Position numbers and translations under genes: made by a program. Of a DNA stretch of 64,000 bases, positions 45,140 to 55,551 are shown in pieces. Position 1 is the first letter of the stretch, and each line of letters begins with the position of its first letter. This DNA is from a virus (taxonomy: Duplodnaviria > Caudoviricetes), in the IMG/VR virus record IMGVR_UViG_3300046526_000409, positions 1-64,000 of that record; one strand, written 5' to 3'. The notes beneath the pieces were generated by a model. The model searched no databases, had not been told where the DNA came from, and was given only the letters and a program-made list of their open reading frames with translations.

Positions 45140-47911
45140 ATGGCCGTGTACGGCTACGACTACTACGGCAAGAGCCTGTACGGCGCCGACACGGCCGTCC
45201 AATACAGCGTCGAGCCCGTCACCGCGACATCCATCGCCCCCGGCCACATCCAGCTCGCCTGGGGTGCCGCCTCGCAGAACACCTGGAGCGTGCTGCGGGT
45301 CGTCAGAAGCCCCTTCGGCGTGCCAGCGCACGCGGACGACGGCGTCGTCCTCACCGAGATACCCAAGAGCGCGCCCGGCCGCGTCTGGGACGACATCGGA
45401 CTGCCACAGGGACGCGTCTTCTACTACGCCATCTTCCTGGGCGTCGTGGCATGGTCGAGCACCGCCGCGTACGCACCCGGCGACGTGGTCGCCTACGCCG
45501 GAGTCAACTACGCCGCCATGGCCGCCAGCACGGGCGTCACGCCTGGAAGCGACAGCAGCTACTGGCAGCATGCCACCCTCACAGAGGACTGGGTTCGAGC
45601 CGGTGCCGCCGCCGGACTCTCGATCCTCGACCAGGGGTACTCACTGCGGCTGTACGAGTCGGTCCCGCGTGCCTACCGACTGGACACCACCGAGGTCACC
45701 GGCTACGAAGACGGCGTCACCAACCCGGAGCTGTTCAAGTTCCTCAGCATCTTCGGCCACCAGCTCGACACCATGGCCACCGAGACCGGCATCCTGCGCG
45801 ACCTGCGTCGCATTGAAACCGCCCCGAACCATGCCATCGAGCACCTGGCCCACCAGTTCGGTGTGTCCACCGAGGTCAGTGACGAACCCCTCCGGCGCCG
45901 ACTGCACACCAACAAGGCTGTCGGACTGGCACGAAACCGGGGGACCGACGACGGCATCGTCGACCTCATCAACACGCTCACCGGCTGGGACGTCTCGATC
46001 GAGCCCAGCAACAACCTCATGCTCAACCAGGACCAGTCCACCTTCGCCAGCCCGAAGTACCCCGACTGGGATCCGAACCTGACCTACCAGGGCAACGAGA
46101 CCGTCGACCACAACGGCGCACTCTGGACCGCCATCAAGTCCATCAGCACATCGACACGTGCCGACACCATGACGGTGTCCGCCAGCTCTGGCACGGTGAC
46201 CAAGACCGCACCAAGCTCGTCGATCACGTGGTCCCCGAGCACGCTCATCTACGGCACGACCCCGTACCTCGTCCTCAGCGGCACGACCAACTCCTACGTG
46301 ACTGTGAACTTCACGATCGCGGCGGACGGTGTCTATGACTTGTCCGTCTCCGCCACCGACGGAACGGCATACGGCAAGACCACCTACGCCATCGACGGCG
46401 TACTCAGCAGCATCGGCACCGTCGACCACTACCTGAGCGCCCTCGGGAGGACGCCGCGAACCTTCCCCAGCACCCGGTACCTCGGGCGATACACGCTCAC
46501 GGCCGGCACCCACACCTTCACCACCAAGATCGTCGGAAAGAACGCCGCAGCCACTGACGACAACGCCGGCTTCAACTCCCTTGTGGTCACCGGGACCGTG
46601 GACCCCTCGCGCGGGCAGGAACCGGTGAACGGCAGCGGTTGGTGGAGCAAGGTCACGGACGCCACACGGATCGATGTCGGCAACCTGCTGACCAACCCGA
46701 TCACGCTGTCGCCCTCGACGTGGAGCCTGCGCAACCTCTCTACCGGTGCCTACCCCGCTGGCCTGAGCGTCGCCGCCGGACTCACCGCGGTCACCGGAAC
46801 GAACACAGACAACAACGCCGGCACTGTCAACAACCCAGGAGCGTCGGCAGCCAGCCTCGGCGTCCGCTCGGTGGGCACACCGGTCGCGACGACCTGGTCG
46901 TCGAGCACGCTCTACGTCCTCGACAACCTAGTCAGGGACACCGACGGCACCGTATGGCGGGCGCTCGTCAAGAACCAGAACGTTCAGCCCGGAACCAACC
47001 GCAACGTCTGGGAAGTCTCCGACACCCAGGGCGCCGCCCCACTGCCCCTCCCGACGATGGTCCGGCAGTGGGGAGTGCCGCTGAACCGGATCCCCCAGTG
47101 GAGCCCGCAGGTCGGCTATGTAGCCGGCGACCTCGTCGCGTTCAACAACTTTGCCTACAAGGCCCGCGTCGACTCCCGGAACAAGCAGCCAGACGGCGAC
47201 GCTGCCGACAGCACCTACTGGTCATTTGCCGGCGCCGCGCAGCAGACCTTCACCGTCTCCGCCTACACGAAACTGCTCGCCGGCTCCACGAGCACGCTCG
47301 CCCGGCCCTTCGTCGAGTGGTACGACGAGCAGGGCAACCTGATCACCACCATCAACGACGGCGGTGTGTACTCACAGGGGTTCTTCCAGCGTTTCAACGA
47401 ACCCGCCCCCACCCTCGCGGGCGACAAGAGCTATGCCAGCCCGTGGACTTGGAGCGGTTCGGGGGCATGGGCCACCAGTGGGACGTGGGTCGTCTCGGAC
47501 GGCATGCTCTCCCCGATCACCCCGAGCACCACCCCGTACAAGGTGTGGGCGCTGAACTCGATCCCCATGGGAACGCCGATCGGCGACCAGCGTTTCTACA
47601 TCACGTTCATGAGCCGGCCTCGCCTCGGGTCGGCAGCCGAGCACGGGATCGTCTTCCGGTCGAACAGTGACGCCAGCAGTTTCTGGATGGCCTCGCGCAC
47701 CCGGCTGACCAAGACCGTCAGCGGCACCATCACCGTCATGGCGTCGTGGCCGGAGATCCCCGATGGCGGACGCCTCTACGTCAGCCACGCCTCGAATCTG
47801 ATCGAGATCTACCAGTACGTCGGCCCCGGCGTCGCCCCCACGAAGCTGGCGTCCGTCACCCAGGCAACCCCGGACGGCGCGTTCTTCGGCCTGCTCGAAA
47901 GGAGCCTGTGA
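45140..47911 (+). CDS. Baseplate wedge/tail protein with repeated CBM5/12-like carbohydrate-binding modules
   Basis: RGT..GI..L...LTGW wedge motif; four W....Y..GD.V...G..[YW].A repeats. Confidence 0.8.
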   Translation: MAVYGYDYYGKSLYGADTAVQYSVEPVTATSIAPGHIQLAWGAASQNTWSVLRVVRSPFGVPAHADDGVVLTEIPKSAPGRVWDDIGLPQGRVFYYAIFLGVVAWSSTAAYAPGDVVAYAGVNYAAMAASTGVTPGSDSSYWQHATLTEDWVRAGAAAGLSILDQGYSLRLYESVPRAYRLDTTEVTGYEDGVTNPELFKFLSIFGHQLDTMATETGILRDLRRIETAPNHAIEHLAHQFGVSTEVSDEPLRRRLHTNKAVGLARNRGTDDGIVDLINTLTGWDVSIEPSNNLMLNQDQSTFASPKYPDWDPNLTYQGNETVDHNGALWTAIKSISTSTRADTMTVSASSGTVTKTAPSSSITWSPSTLIYGTTPYLVLSGTTNSYVTVNFTIAADGVYDLSVSATDGTAYGKTTYAIDGVLSSIGTVDHYLSALGRTPRTFPSTRYLGRYTLTAGTHTFTTKIVGKNAAATDDNAGFNSLVVTGTVDPSRGQEPVNGSGWWSKVTDATRIDVGNLLTNPITLSPSTWSLRNLSTGAYPAGLSVAAGLTAVTGTNTDNNAGTVNNPGASAASLGVRSVGTPVATTWSSSTLYVLDNLVRDTDGTVWRALVKNQNVQPGTNRNVWEVSDTQGAAPLPLPTMVRQWGVPLNRIPQWSPQVGYVAGDLVAFNNFAYKARVDSRNKQPDGDAADSTYWSFAGAAQQTFTVSAYTKLLAGSTSTLARPFVEWYDEQGNLITTINDGGVYSQGFFQRFNEPAPTLAGDKSYASPWTWSGSGAWATSGTWVVSDGMLSPITPSTTPYKVWALNSIPMGTPIGDQRFYITFMSRPRLGSAAEHGIVFRSNSDASSFWMASRTRLTKTVSGTITVMASWPEIPDGGRLYVSHASNLIEIYQYVGPGVAPTKLASVTQATPDGAFFGLLERSL

Positions 47912-49590
47912 TGCCGGTACTCAGCACCCAGCCGATCGAGACGACCGTCTCGGCAACAGGCAGCGACCCCGTCACTCAGTACTCCCTCATCATCAGCGGA
48001 TCCGCCACCAGCGCATCCAGCGGCGTCGCGGCCATGTCGACGCTCAAGCCGGCTGGAGGATTCGCCGACCTCGGCATTGCCAACCCGTCCTCGGTCGACC
48101 CCGCGATGTCGTGGGTGAGCGGCTCGGAACTGCTGCCCACCGTGACCTCGGCATGGCAGCGAACGAGCATCACCGCGACCGCCCCCATCGACTACAACCG
48201 CGGCGAGAAGGGCACCCTGTGGCGTGGAGCCGCGTACGCCAGCGTCGGCCTGCGGTGGGACGGCCTGCCGGCAGCCAGCACCGTGGCCTTCGACCGAGTC
48301 CAATTCGCCAAGGCCCCTTCCGGCAACCTCCTGGACCGGTCAGCGGCGTTCCACGACGACCACATGTGCTACGAGTCCTACAGCGGAACCGTGGCCGCGC
48401 GTACCAAAGAACGGGCCCTGGTCGGCGACTACTCCGCCAAGTCGACCATCCTCTACATCCCCAGCGGCTCGACCGGCTGGGGACTGGACCCACACACCGA
48501 TGCCCTGGCCCCGCTGAAGGCCGGCAGCGGACGGATCACAGCGCGCGTCGCGGTCTCGACCGACGTCTCCCGCAAGTGGCGGGTCTGGGTCCGCTGCTAC
48601 GACGCGAACTACAACCTGGTCTACGACGGCCTCTCCACCGCGCCGGACAACACCAGCCAGGCCAACGGCAGATGGTCCACGGCACAGATCAGCGTCACCG
48701 CCCCCAGCACCGCCCGCTACGCCTGCGTGACACCGTTCGTTTACTACGGGGCCGCCTCGCCGCAGATCGGCTGGTACTTCTATGCCGACGCCCACTTCAT
48801 CTCGTACGAATCCAGCGACCCCGCATATCGAGTTCCCGACTGGCTTGCCCCGAGGCGTCTGAACATTCGTGTCAAGCCCAATCGTGTCAATCTCGTCAAC
48901 AATCCAGGAATGAATTCCGCAAGCTCCCGCTGGGGATTCTTCGGGCCCACGGGAGTCACGAACACATTCACCTGGGACAGTGTGACCGGCAGGACCAAGG
49001 CCGGCTCGCTGAAGTTCCAGAGCCCTCAGGGCGGCACGCCTGGGGCACAGGTAGGCATCGCTGCCATCGGAGGCATCAACCCCGCGAGCAAGGGCGGCGA
49101 CCTGCTCCGCACGGGCGTCCCGCACACGATCTCGGCGTGGGTGAACGTTCCCGCGGGCTACCCACCGGTCAGCGCCGCAGCCTGGGATCCGCTGTCCGCC
49201 GCCTACCAGTTCGGACCCGACTCGAACTGGATCAAGGCCAACCGTCCCGACCTCGTGGACGGCAACTGGGTGCGCGTCTACTACACCTGGACCCCGCCAG
49301 CCACCAGCACTCGGCAGTTCTACGGCGGCGTCATGGCGCCCAAGGCCACCTATCAGGCCAGCGCCACCGGGGTCTCCTTCTGGATGGACGACGTCTTGGT
49401 CGAGGAGGGCTCGGAACTGCGGGAGTTCTTCGACGGATCCGACCCTTCTGCCGATTACCTGTGGCAGGGCTCGAATGACACCTCGAAGAGCCTCTACTTC
49501 CCCGGCAGGGCTCGGCACGCACAACGACTCACGGAAATTCTCCAGGACAATGTTCCGTGGGGAACGACTTTCAATCTCGACTTCTCGTAG
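47911..49590 (+). CDS. Tail protein with galactose-binding/CBM-like beta-sandwich domains
   Basis: NLVNNP...WMDDVLVEEG...FFDG...YLW. Confidence 0.75.
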   Translation: MPVLSTQPIETTVSATGSDPVTQYSLIISGSATSASSGVAAMSTLKPAGGFADLGIANPSSVDPAMSWVSGSELLPTVTSAWQRTSITATAPIDYNRGEKGTLWRGAAYASVGLRWDGLPAASTVAFDRVQFAKAPSGNLLDRSAAFHDDHMCYESYSGTVAARTKERALVGDYSAKSTILYIPSGSTGWGLDPHTDALAPLKAGSGRITARVAVSTDVSRKWRVWVRCYDANYNLVYDGLSTAPDNTSQANGRWSTAQISVTAPSTARYACVTPFVYYGAASPQIGWYFYADAHFISYESSDPAYRVPDWLAPRRLNIRVKPNRVNLVNNPGMNSASSRWGFFGPTGVTNTFTWDSVTGRTKAGSLKFQSPQGGTPGAQVGIAAIGGINPASKGGDLLRTGVPHTISAWVNVPAGYPPVSAAAWDPLSAAYQFGPDSNWIKANRPDLVDGNWVRVYYTWTPPATSTRQFYGGVMAPKATYQASATGVSFWMDDVLVEEGSELREFFDGSDPSADYLWQGSNDTSKSLYFPGRARHAQRLTEILQDNVPWGTTFNLDFS

Positions 49591-49606
49591 AAATTCAGGA
49601 GTGTCA

Positions 49607-49921
49607 ATGGACAAGGTAAGCATCGTCAATCTTCTGGTGGGTGCAGTCCTCCCTCTTCTGGTCGCGTTCGTCTCCAAGGAGACCTGGGCTGGCTGGGTCA
49701 AGGGCACCATCCTCGCGGCGCTCTCGGCGGCTGGCGGTCTGGGCACCGAGTACATAGCGGGCCCCGACGGCTTCAACCTGACCATCGCCGGCTGGTCCGC
49801 AGCGTCGGCCTTCGCCTTCGGTGTCGCCGCGCACTACGGCGTCTACAAGGACACCACCCTCCAGGAGCTGCTCGCCAAGGCGCTCTACAAGGCGCCAGCC
49901 GCGGTGGACGTCTCTGGCTGA
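49607..49921 (+). CDS. Putative holin
   Basis: 104 aa, 3 TM, end of late operon. Confidence 0.7.
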   Translation: MDKVSIVNLLVGAVLPLLVAFVSKETWAGWVKGTILAALSAAGGLGTEYIAGPDGFNLTIAGWSAASAFAFGVAAHYGVYKDTTLQELLAKALYKAPAAVDVSG

Positions 49922-49939
49922 TCGAGTACCACGCACCAC

Positions 49940-49968
49940 GAGCCCGTCCCGAAATCCGGGGCGGGCTC
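49940..49968 (+). terminator. Terminator ending the late operon
   Basis: GAGCCCGTCCC...GGGGCGGGCTC. Confidence 0.7.
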
Positions 49969-50078
49969 GATGCTTGTTGGCCAACTTGTTCCACAACTTG
50001 TACGTTAAGATGTTCCACAAGTCATGATCCCCGGCGCGTCCGCTCGGACGGCGCGACGTGCCCGTACAAGGAGCACAA

Positions 50079-51056
50079 TTGGCCACCATTCACATCGCTG
50101 TCGCCGGGGCCGGCCCTGTCGACAAGGGCACCGTCACCGAACTGCTCGACGACTGGCTCGGCATCGACGCAAACGGCAAGCCCACCAACGACGAAGACGT
50201 CCTCCTCGTCCTCCCGGCCGGCGCCGATCACATCACCCCCGCCGTCAAGGCGGTCTACAACTGGTCCGGCGACATCGACCCCGAGGTTCCCTACACCGCG
50301 GTCGTTGCCCAGACGCTCGACAAGGCGTCCAAGGTCGTCCGCGACAACGCCGAGGACGCGGTCCCGGCACGGGACGAAGAGGTCTACACCGTCCTGGGAC
50401 GCACCCTCGCCGAGCGTGACGGCGACCGCTACCTGCTCGTGGCCGGTGACGAGGGCGACGACGAACTCCTCGACCTGGTCGCCTACGCGCACGACGAGGA
50501 CATCGCTGTTCTGGACCTGCGTGACGCCCTCAAGCAGATCAGCCCGGCCGAGCCGGAGGAGGTCGAGCCCGAAGCCGAGGGTGAGACGGAGGAGGTCGAG
50601 GAGGAGCCCTGCGAGGGCGGCACCCAGACCCTCGTCCCGCTCCCCGAGCAGCCGGAGGCCGCCGAGCCCGAGGCCACGCTGGAGACCGAAGTCGCGGCAG
50701 CCCACCGGGAGACCGTCACCATCGAGCGCTACCAGCCGCCGAACGCCGACGTGATCGAGGTCCTGACGGCCGTCGTCCGGCACCTGCGCCTCGTCGACGA
50801 GTCCAATGCCGCGGCCAACCTCGCCGAGGTCCGCTACCGCCCCATCACGGCACTGGCCATCAAGGGGCTGGAGGCGGTCAAGGCCGACTCCGTGGAGGAC
50901 GCCGCACCGGTCGACCTGGCCGAAGCCGTGGAGCAGCCGGCGAGGCGCCCCAGCGGCAAGGTCCGCAAGGAGTGGCTCAACCCGAAGACCAGCGAGTGGG
51001 AGCCCCTTCGCGGCCGACCCCGCAAGGACGTCGAGATCCGCGAAGTCGCGGCCTGA
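50079..51056 (+). CDS. Acidic hypothetical protein, Rossmann/SLOG-like N-terminus, C-terminal RGRPRK AT-hook-like motif
   Basis: RBS AAGGAG + TTG; IAVAGAG start. Confidence 0.7.
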   Translation: MATIHIAVAGAGPVDKGTVTELLDDWLGIDANGKPTNDEDVLLVLPAGADHITPAVKAVYNWSGDIDPEVPYTAVVAQTLDKASKVVRDNAEDAVPARDEEVYTVLGRTLAERDGDRYLLVAGDEGDDELLDLVAYAHDEDIAVLDLRDALKQISPAEPEEVEPEAEGETEEVEEEPCEGGTQTLVPLPEQPEAAEPEATLETEVAAAHRETVTIERYQPPNADVIEVLTAVVRHLRLVDESNAAANLAEVRYRPITALAIKGLEAVKADSVEDAAPVDLAEAVEQPARRPSGKVRKEWLNPKTSEWEPLRGRPRKDVEIREVAA

Positions 51057-51120
51057 CAAGGGCCATCAGCGGGGCGGCGCCGGCCGCCCCGCTTCTCCCA
51101 CAGCTTCCCGAGGTGACCAG

Positions 51121-51381
51121 ATGAGCCACGACGACCACCCGAAGGGGACTCTCCAAGGCTGGGCCAACGCCCCCGTGAGCGTCCCGCGAGAGATCGCCAC
51201 CAACGACCGCATCACCTGCGGTGCCCTCGGCCTGTACGTCTACATGCTGACCCGCGAGGAAGGCGCCGAGATGACACCTGCGGCGCTCGCCGAGGAGCGG
51301 AACGAGTCGCTGCCGAAGGTCAACGGCTGGTGGGTCGAGCTGCGTTCCGCCGGTCTGATCACCGCTGAGGGTGGCCGGTGA
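51121..51381 (+). CDS. Small winged-HTH protein
   Basis: ALGLYVYML...ELRSAGLI. Confidence 0.65.
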   Translation: MSHDDHPKGTLQGWANAPVSVPREIATNDRITCGALGLYVYMLTREEGAEMTPAALAEERNESLPKVNGWWVELRSAGLITAEGGR

Positions 51382-52325
51382 CCGACGCACAGCAGCAGGA
51401 CCGGCTCCAGGCCCACGAACTGTGGGTCCAGACCCCGCACGTCTTCATCCTTGACCACAAGATCTCCGACGCCGCCTTCCGCCTCGGCTGCCTCCTGGCG
51501 AAGTACGCCGGCAGGAACGGCTGCGCCTTCCCCAAGCAGGAGACGCTCGCCAAGGACCTCAATTGGTCCCTGCGCACCGTGTCCCGCCGCATCACCGAGC
51601 TGCGCGAGAGCGGCTGGCTGCGCACCGAGCGGCGTCGACCCGGCGGCCCGTGCAACTACTACCTGGCCACGCCCGAGGACATGGGTTACGCCAAATCTGT
51701 CGTAGGGGTTACGCCAAATGTGGCGCAACAAGAAATAGAACCAGTGAACATCCTTCCTTCGGAAGGGCCGCACGCTCCGCGAACGGCGCCGCGCAGGGCC
51801 TCCCGGCGAGCCGAGGAGCAGCGCCGGGTGGCCGAGGAGGACGCCTACGACCCGGCCAAGGCCATGGGGCTGTGGGACGACGACAAGGCCCCTGAGGAGG
51901 CCCCGGAGATGCCGCGCAGCGGCTGGGGTGCCGGCCGGCGCGAGAGGGCCGCTGGGAGCCGCCAGCCCGGACCTGACACCGGCCCTGGCCTCGCCCGGCA
52001 CTGGCGGGAGACGGTCGAGGCCCAGAGGTGGGCGTTCGGCCTGGAGTCCAACCTCAAGGCGCTCGCCAGTCACTTCGTGAAGCTCAAGCAGGCCGGACTC
52101 ACTCCGGAAGAGCTGCGGGAGATGAGCGAGCTGTACGCCACTACCGAGGGTCTGCGGAACCCGCGGGCGCTCGCGTGGCAGGACTTCATTGGCAAGCGCG
52201 CCCTCCTGATCGACTCGGTCCGCAAGGGACGTGAGGCGAAGGCCGCGAAGGAGCGCCCGGAGGAGGTCTACGACGGCTGGAGCGACAGCGGCGCGGAGCA
52301 GCCGGCGAGCGGTTGGACCTGGTGA
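51378..52325 (+). CDS. Replication initiator-like HTH protein
   Basis: AFPKQETLAKDLNWSLRTVSRRITELRESGWL; precedes the loader. Confidence 0.8.
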   Translation: MTDAQQQDRLQAHELWVQTPHVFILDHKISDAAFRLGCLLAKYAGRNGCAFPKQETLAKDLNWSLRTVSRRITELRESGWLRTERRRPGGPCNYYLATPEDMGYAKSVVGVTPNVAQQEIEPVNILPSEGPHAPRTAPRRASRRAEEQRRVAEEDAYDPAKAMGLWDDDKAPEEAPEMPRSGWGAGRRERAAGSRQPGPDTGPGLARHWRETVEAQRWAFGLESNLKALASHFVKLKQAGLTPEELREMSELYATTEGLRNPRALAWQDFIGKRALLIDSVRKGREAKAAKERPEEVYDGWSDSGAEQPASGWTW

Positions 52326-52400
52326 CGATCAACTTGTTCTTTAAGTTGTTCCACAACTTGTGATTCAATGTGGTCCTCAAGCCAGCACAAGGAGGGGACC

Positions 52401-53087
52401 GTGCAGACCGCCGAGGCACCGACCAGGGACGAGAGCCTGGTCTGGCGCACAGCCCGAGTCCCGGTGAAGCACTGGGGCCAGAGCATTGACGACATCGCCG
52501 AGATGCACCCCGACGTCCGGCAGACCATCGAGCGCTTCGTCGCCACCTGGCGTCAGCGCTACGTCCCCCAGGACGCGACGATGGACCAACTGCCCAGCGA
52601 CCGAAGCCTCGTCGGCAAGGGCCTGCTGCTCTTCGGGAACGCCGGCACCGGCAAGACCACGACCGCATCCGCCGTCCTCACCACCATCCGGCGCGCGTAC
52701 GGCGGTGTCGTGTTCTTCGTGCCGTTCGCCGACTACGTCCAGGCCCTGATCGACCACCGCCACTGGCGCGAGTTGTACCAGTCCACCGGAGACGAGTTGG
52801 CGCGCGAGCGCTTCATCCAGCTCCAGAAGATGCTCGACAAGGTCCTCACCTGCCCCCTGGTCGTCCTCGACGACATGGGCAAAGAGCACCACACCAGCTC
52901 GGGCTTCGCAGCCGACGTCTTCGACGCCCTGATCCGCGGCCGGCACCGCAACGCCCGGCCAACCATCCTCACCAGCAACAACAAGCCCGGCGACTGGGAC
53001 AAGACCTACAACCTCTCGATGCAGTCCTTCCTCACAGAGGCTTGCGAGGTCGTCCCGATGACCGGCCGGGACCACCGCCGTGGCTGA
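52401..53087 (+). CDS. DnaC/IstB-like helicase loader ATPase
   Basis: GNAGTGKT, LVVLDDMGKE, PTILTSN. Confidence 0.9.
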   Translation: MQTAEAPTRDESLVWRTARVPVKHWGQSIDDIAEMHPDVRQTIERFVATWRQRYVPQDATMDQLPSDRSLVGKGLLLFGNAGTGKTTTASAVLTTIRRAYGGVVFFVPFADYVQALIDHRHWRELYQSTGDELARERFIQLQKMLDKVLTCPLVVLDDMGKEHHTSSGFAADVFDALIRGRHRNARPTILTSNNKPGDWDKTYNLSMQSFLTEACEVVPMTGRDHRRG

Positions 53088-53325
53088 GACCTGCGGCGAC
53101 GCCCACTTCTACGAGCACAGCTTCGAACTGCCGGCGTGGATGCCCAGGCACCAGGTGCGCCGCATCGAGCGCTCCGGTCTCGCGGTGATCCTCGCGCAGA
53201 TGCGCATGGACGGCGTCGAGCCGGACTGGTCCACCTTCAAGCTCCACGTCGAGTGGCCGAGGCGCACCGGCAAAACGGTCCTGATCAACACCATCATCAC
53301 GGCCCTGAAGGGGGGAAGCCAGTGA
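53080..53325 (+). CDS. Hypothetical protein
   Basis: Coupled ORF. Confidence 0.6.
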   Translation: MAETCGDAHFYEHSFELPAWMPRHQVRRIERSGLAVILAQMRMDGVEPDWSTFKLHVEWPRRTGKTVLINTIITALKGGSQ

Positions 53326-54599
53326 CGACGGTCCTTTCGCACGAGCACAAGCTCCTGTGCAAGGTCATCGCGACGGGGGACATCACCACGGTCCTCAACG
53401 CCAAGATCAAGCCCAGGCACATCACCAACGGCGAGATCCGGCGCGTGTTCGAGGACATGATCGCCTACAACGCCGAGTACGGCACGGCGCCCACCCTCGA
53501 CGCAGTACGCGCCGACCACCCCACCTTCGAGGTCGCTCAGGTCGACGAGCCGCTCGACTACCTCATCGACCGGATCCGCGACCGGCGCCGCACGGCCCTG
53601 ACCGAGCGCGGACTCAACGCGGCCGTAGAGGCACTGGTCGGCCAGGGCGACACCGCCCACGCGCTCGACATCGTCCGAGCCCTGATCAGCAAGGTCGCCG
53701 AAGACACCCCGGTCGGCAACGACTTCAACTGGGCGCGGACGATCGACGACCGACTCACCACCTACCGCTCCTACGCCGAGCGGGAGGAAGGGGAGCTGAT
53801 AGGTCTTCCGACAGGCTTCCCGTCGCTCGACAGGCTCACCCTCGGCCTCCAGGCCGGCCAGATGGTCACCCTCACCGGCCTGGAGAAGTCCAACAAGACG
53901 ACGACCCTCCTGGCCGTCACCCGCGCCATGCACGCCGTCGGCGCCCGCCCGCTGCTCTTCTCCTTCGAGATGAGCGCGCTGGAGATCTCCGAGCGCCTCG
54001 ACGCCTTCCTCGCAGGCATCAGCCAGCGCAAGCTCCGAGCCGGCGAACTCAACGAGCTGGAGTGGAAGCGGCTGGAGAAGGCCATGCGGAAGCTCGAAGG
54101 GATGGGCGACTACATCATCGCCGAGGACCCTTCCGCCCGGATGACCCTCGACAACGTCCAGGCCAAGATCGACGAGTACAAGCCCGACGCGGTCATCATC
54201 GACGGCGCCTACTTCTTCGTGGACGCCGTCAGCGGCGAGCAGCAGACCCCGCTGGCCATGACCAACATCTCCCGAGGTATCAAGCGCATGGCCGCCCGCA
54301 ACGGCCTGCCGTTCGTGGTCACCACGCAGGCCCTGCGCTCCAAGCTCGGCTCCAACGGCCTCAACTCCGGCTCCATGGGCTACACCAGCGCCTTCGCCCA
54401 GGACGCCACCCTCGCGCTCGGTGTCGAGCAGACCGACGACCCCATGTTCTACAAGCTCAAGGTCCTGGCCGGCCGCAACGTCCCCAAGGACGAGTGGTTC
54501 GTCAAGCTCGACTGGGAGTCCGGCTCCCTCATCGAGCAGCAGGGAGACCCCTTCGGCGAGGAGGTGGAGGACGATGTCCCGGCGTACGCGGGCTGGTAA
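53322..54599 (+). CDS. dnaB: DnaB-like replicative helicase
   Basis: GLPTGFPSLD, FSFEMS, VIIDG, QDA. Confidence 0.9.
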   Translation: MTTVLSHEHKLLCKVIATGDITTVLNAKIKPRHITNGEIRRVFEDMIAYNAEYGTAPTLDAVRADHPTFEVAQVDEPLDYLIDRIRDRRRTALTERGLNAAVEALVGQGDTAHALDIVRALISKVAEDTPVGNDFNWARTIDDRLTTYRSYAEREEGELIGLPTGFPSLDRLTLGLQAGQMVTLTGLEKSNKTTTLLAVTRAMHAVGARPLLFSFEMSALEISERLDAFLAGISQRKLRAGELNELEWKRLEKAMRKLEGMGDYIIAEDPSARMTLDNVQAKIDEYKPDAVIIDGAYFFVDAVSGEQQTPLAMTNISRGIKRMAARNGLPFVVTTQALRSKLGSNGLNSGSMGYTSAFAQDATLALGVEQTDDPMFYKLKVLAGRNVPKDEWFVKLDWESGSLIEQQGDPFGEEVEDDVPAYAGW

Positions 54600-55551
54600 C
54601 GACGACCTCTTCGACGCTCCCATCCCCGGCGACGTCATCTCGGCGATCGGCAAGCTGGGGATCGAGATCGTCGGGGAAGACTCGGAGAACTGGCGCATCC
54701 CCTGCCCGGCACACCTGCGCCGGAAGGGGAAGGAAGACCGGAACCCTTCCTGCTACGTACACAAGGACACCGGCGTCTTCATCTGCTTCTCCTGCGACTT
54801 CCGGGGCCCCTTCGTCCGCCTGGCTGAGGAGATCCGCGGGGAAGGCGCCGACGACGCTGCCCAGTGGGTGAGCGAGCAGGGCGTCATCGACCGCGCCGTA
54901 CGCCTCCTGGCCGGTGAGACCTACGCCAAGCAGCGTGAGGCGGAAGAGGTCACCGAGTCCCACATGGCGCTCTTCACCGAGCCGCCGGCCAAGGCCCTCG
55001 CGTCCAAGGGCATCACCGTTGAGGCAGCCCGGCGTTTCGAGATCCTCTGGGACCCCAAGAGGAAGTACTGGATCTTCCCGGTACGGGACGAGCGCGGGAA
55101 ACTTCTGGGGTGGCAGGAGAAGGGGAAGGGTCACTTCCTGAACTACCCCGAGGGGATGCAGAAGGGCGACTCGCTCTTCGGCCTCCAGGCGCTCGACGGC
55201 GAGGAGGGCGTGCTCGTCGAGTCGCCCGTCGACACCGCAGTGTTGTGGACTGCCGGCATAGCCGGTGGGCTCGCGAGCTATGGCGCCATCCTCACGCCGC
55301 GGCAGTTCCGGATCCTCGGCGGCAGGCTCAGCCGGCTGGTCGCCGCTCAGGACAACGATCACGACGGCAAGCGTGAGCGGCGCAAGGTCTTCGACCACTT
55401 CCACGGCACCGGGCTGATCGTCCGCTACTTCGACTACGGCGACCTGGCGGTGAAGGACCCCGGCGAGATGACGCCTGAGCAGAACCGGGCCGCGTACGAG
55501 AGCGCCTACCACCCGATGATGCGCCGCCTGTCCACCTTCGGGAGACGCTGA
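54574..55551 (+). CDS. DNA primase (CHC2 zinc finger + TOPRIM)
   Basis: CPAH...CFSC; LVESPVD; DNDHDG; KDPGE. Confidence 0.9.
   Translation: MSRRTRAGNDDLFDAPIPGDVISAIGKLGIEIVGEDSENWRIPCPAHLRRKGKEDRNPSCYVHKDTGVFICFSCDFRGPFVRLAEEIRGEGADDAAQWVSEQGVIDRAVRLLAGETYAKQREAEEVTESHMALFTEPPAKALASKGITVEAARRFEILWDPKRKYWIFPVRDERGKLLGWQEKGKGHFLNYPEGMQKGDSLFGLQALDGEEGVLVESPVDTAVLWTAGIAGGLASYGAILTPRQFRILGGRLSRLVAAQDNDHDGKRERRKVFDHFHGTGLIVRYFDYGDLAVKDPGEMTPEQNRAAYESAYHPMMRRLSTFGRR

Noticed and set aside
49982-50022. DnaA boxes
   Set aside because: TTGTTCCACA has an extra base relative to TTGTCCACA and shows strict 12-bp periodicity; treated as a phage operator
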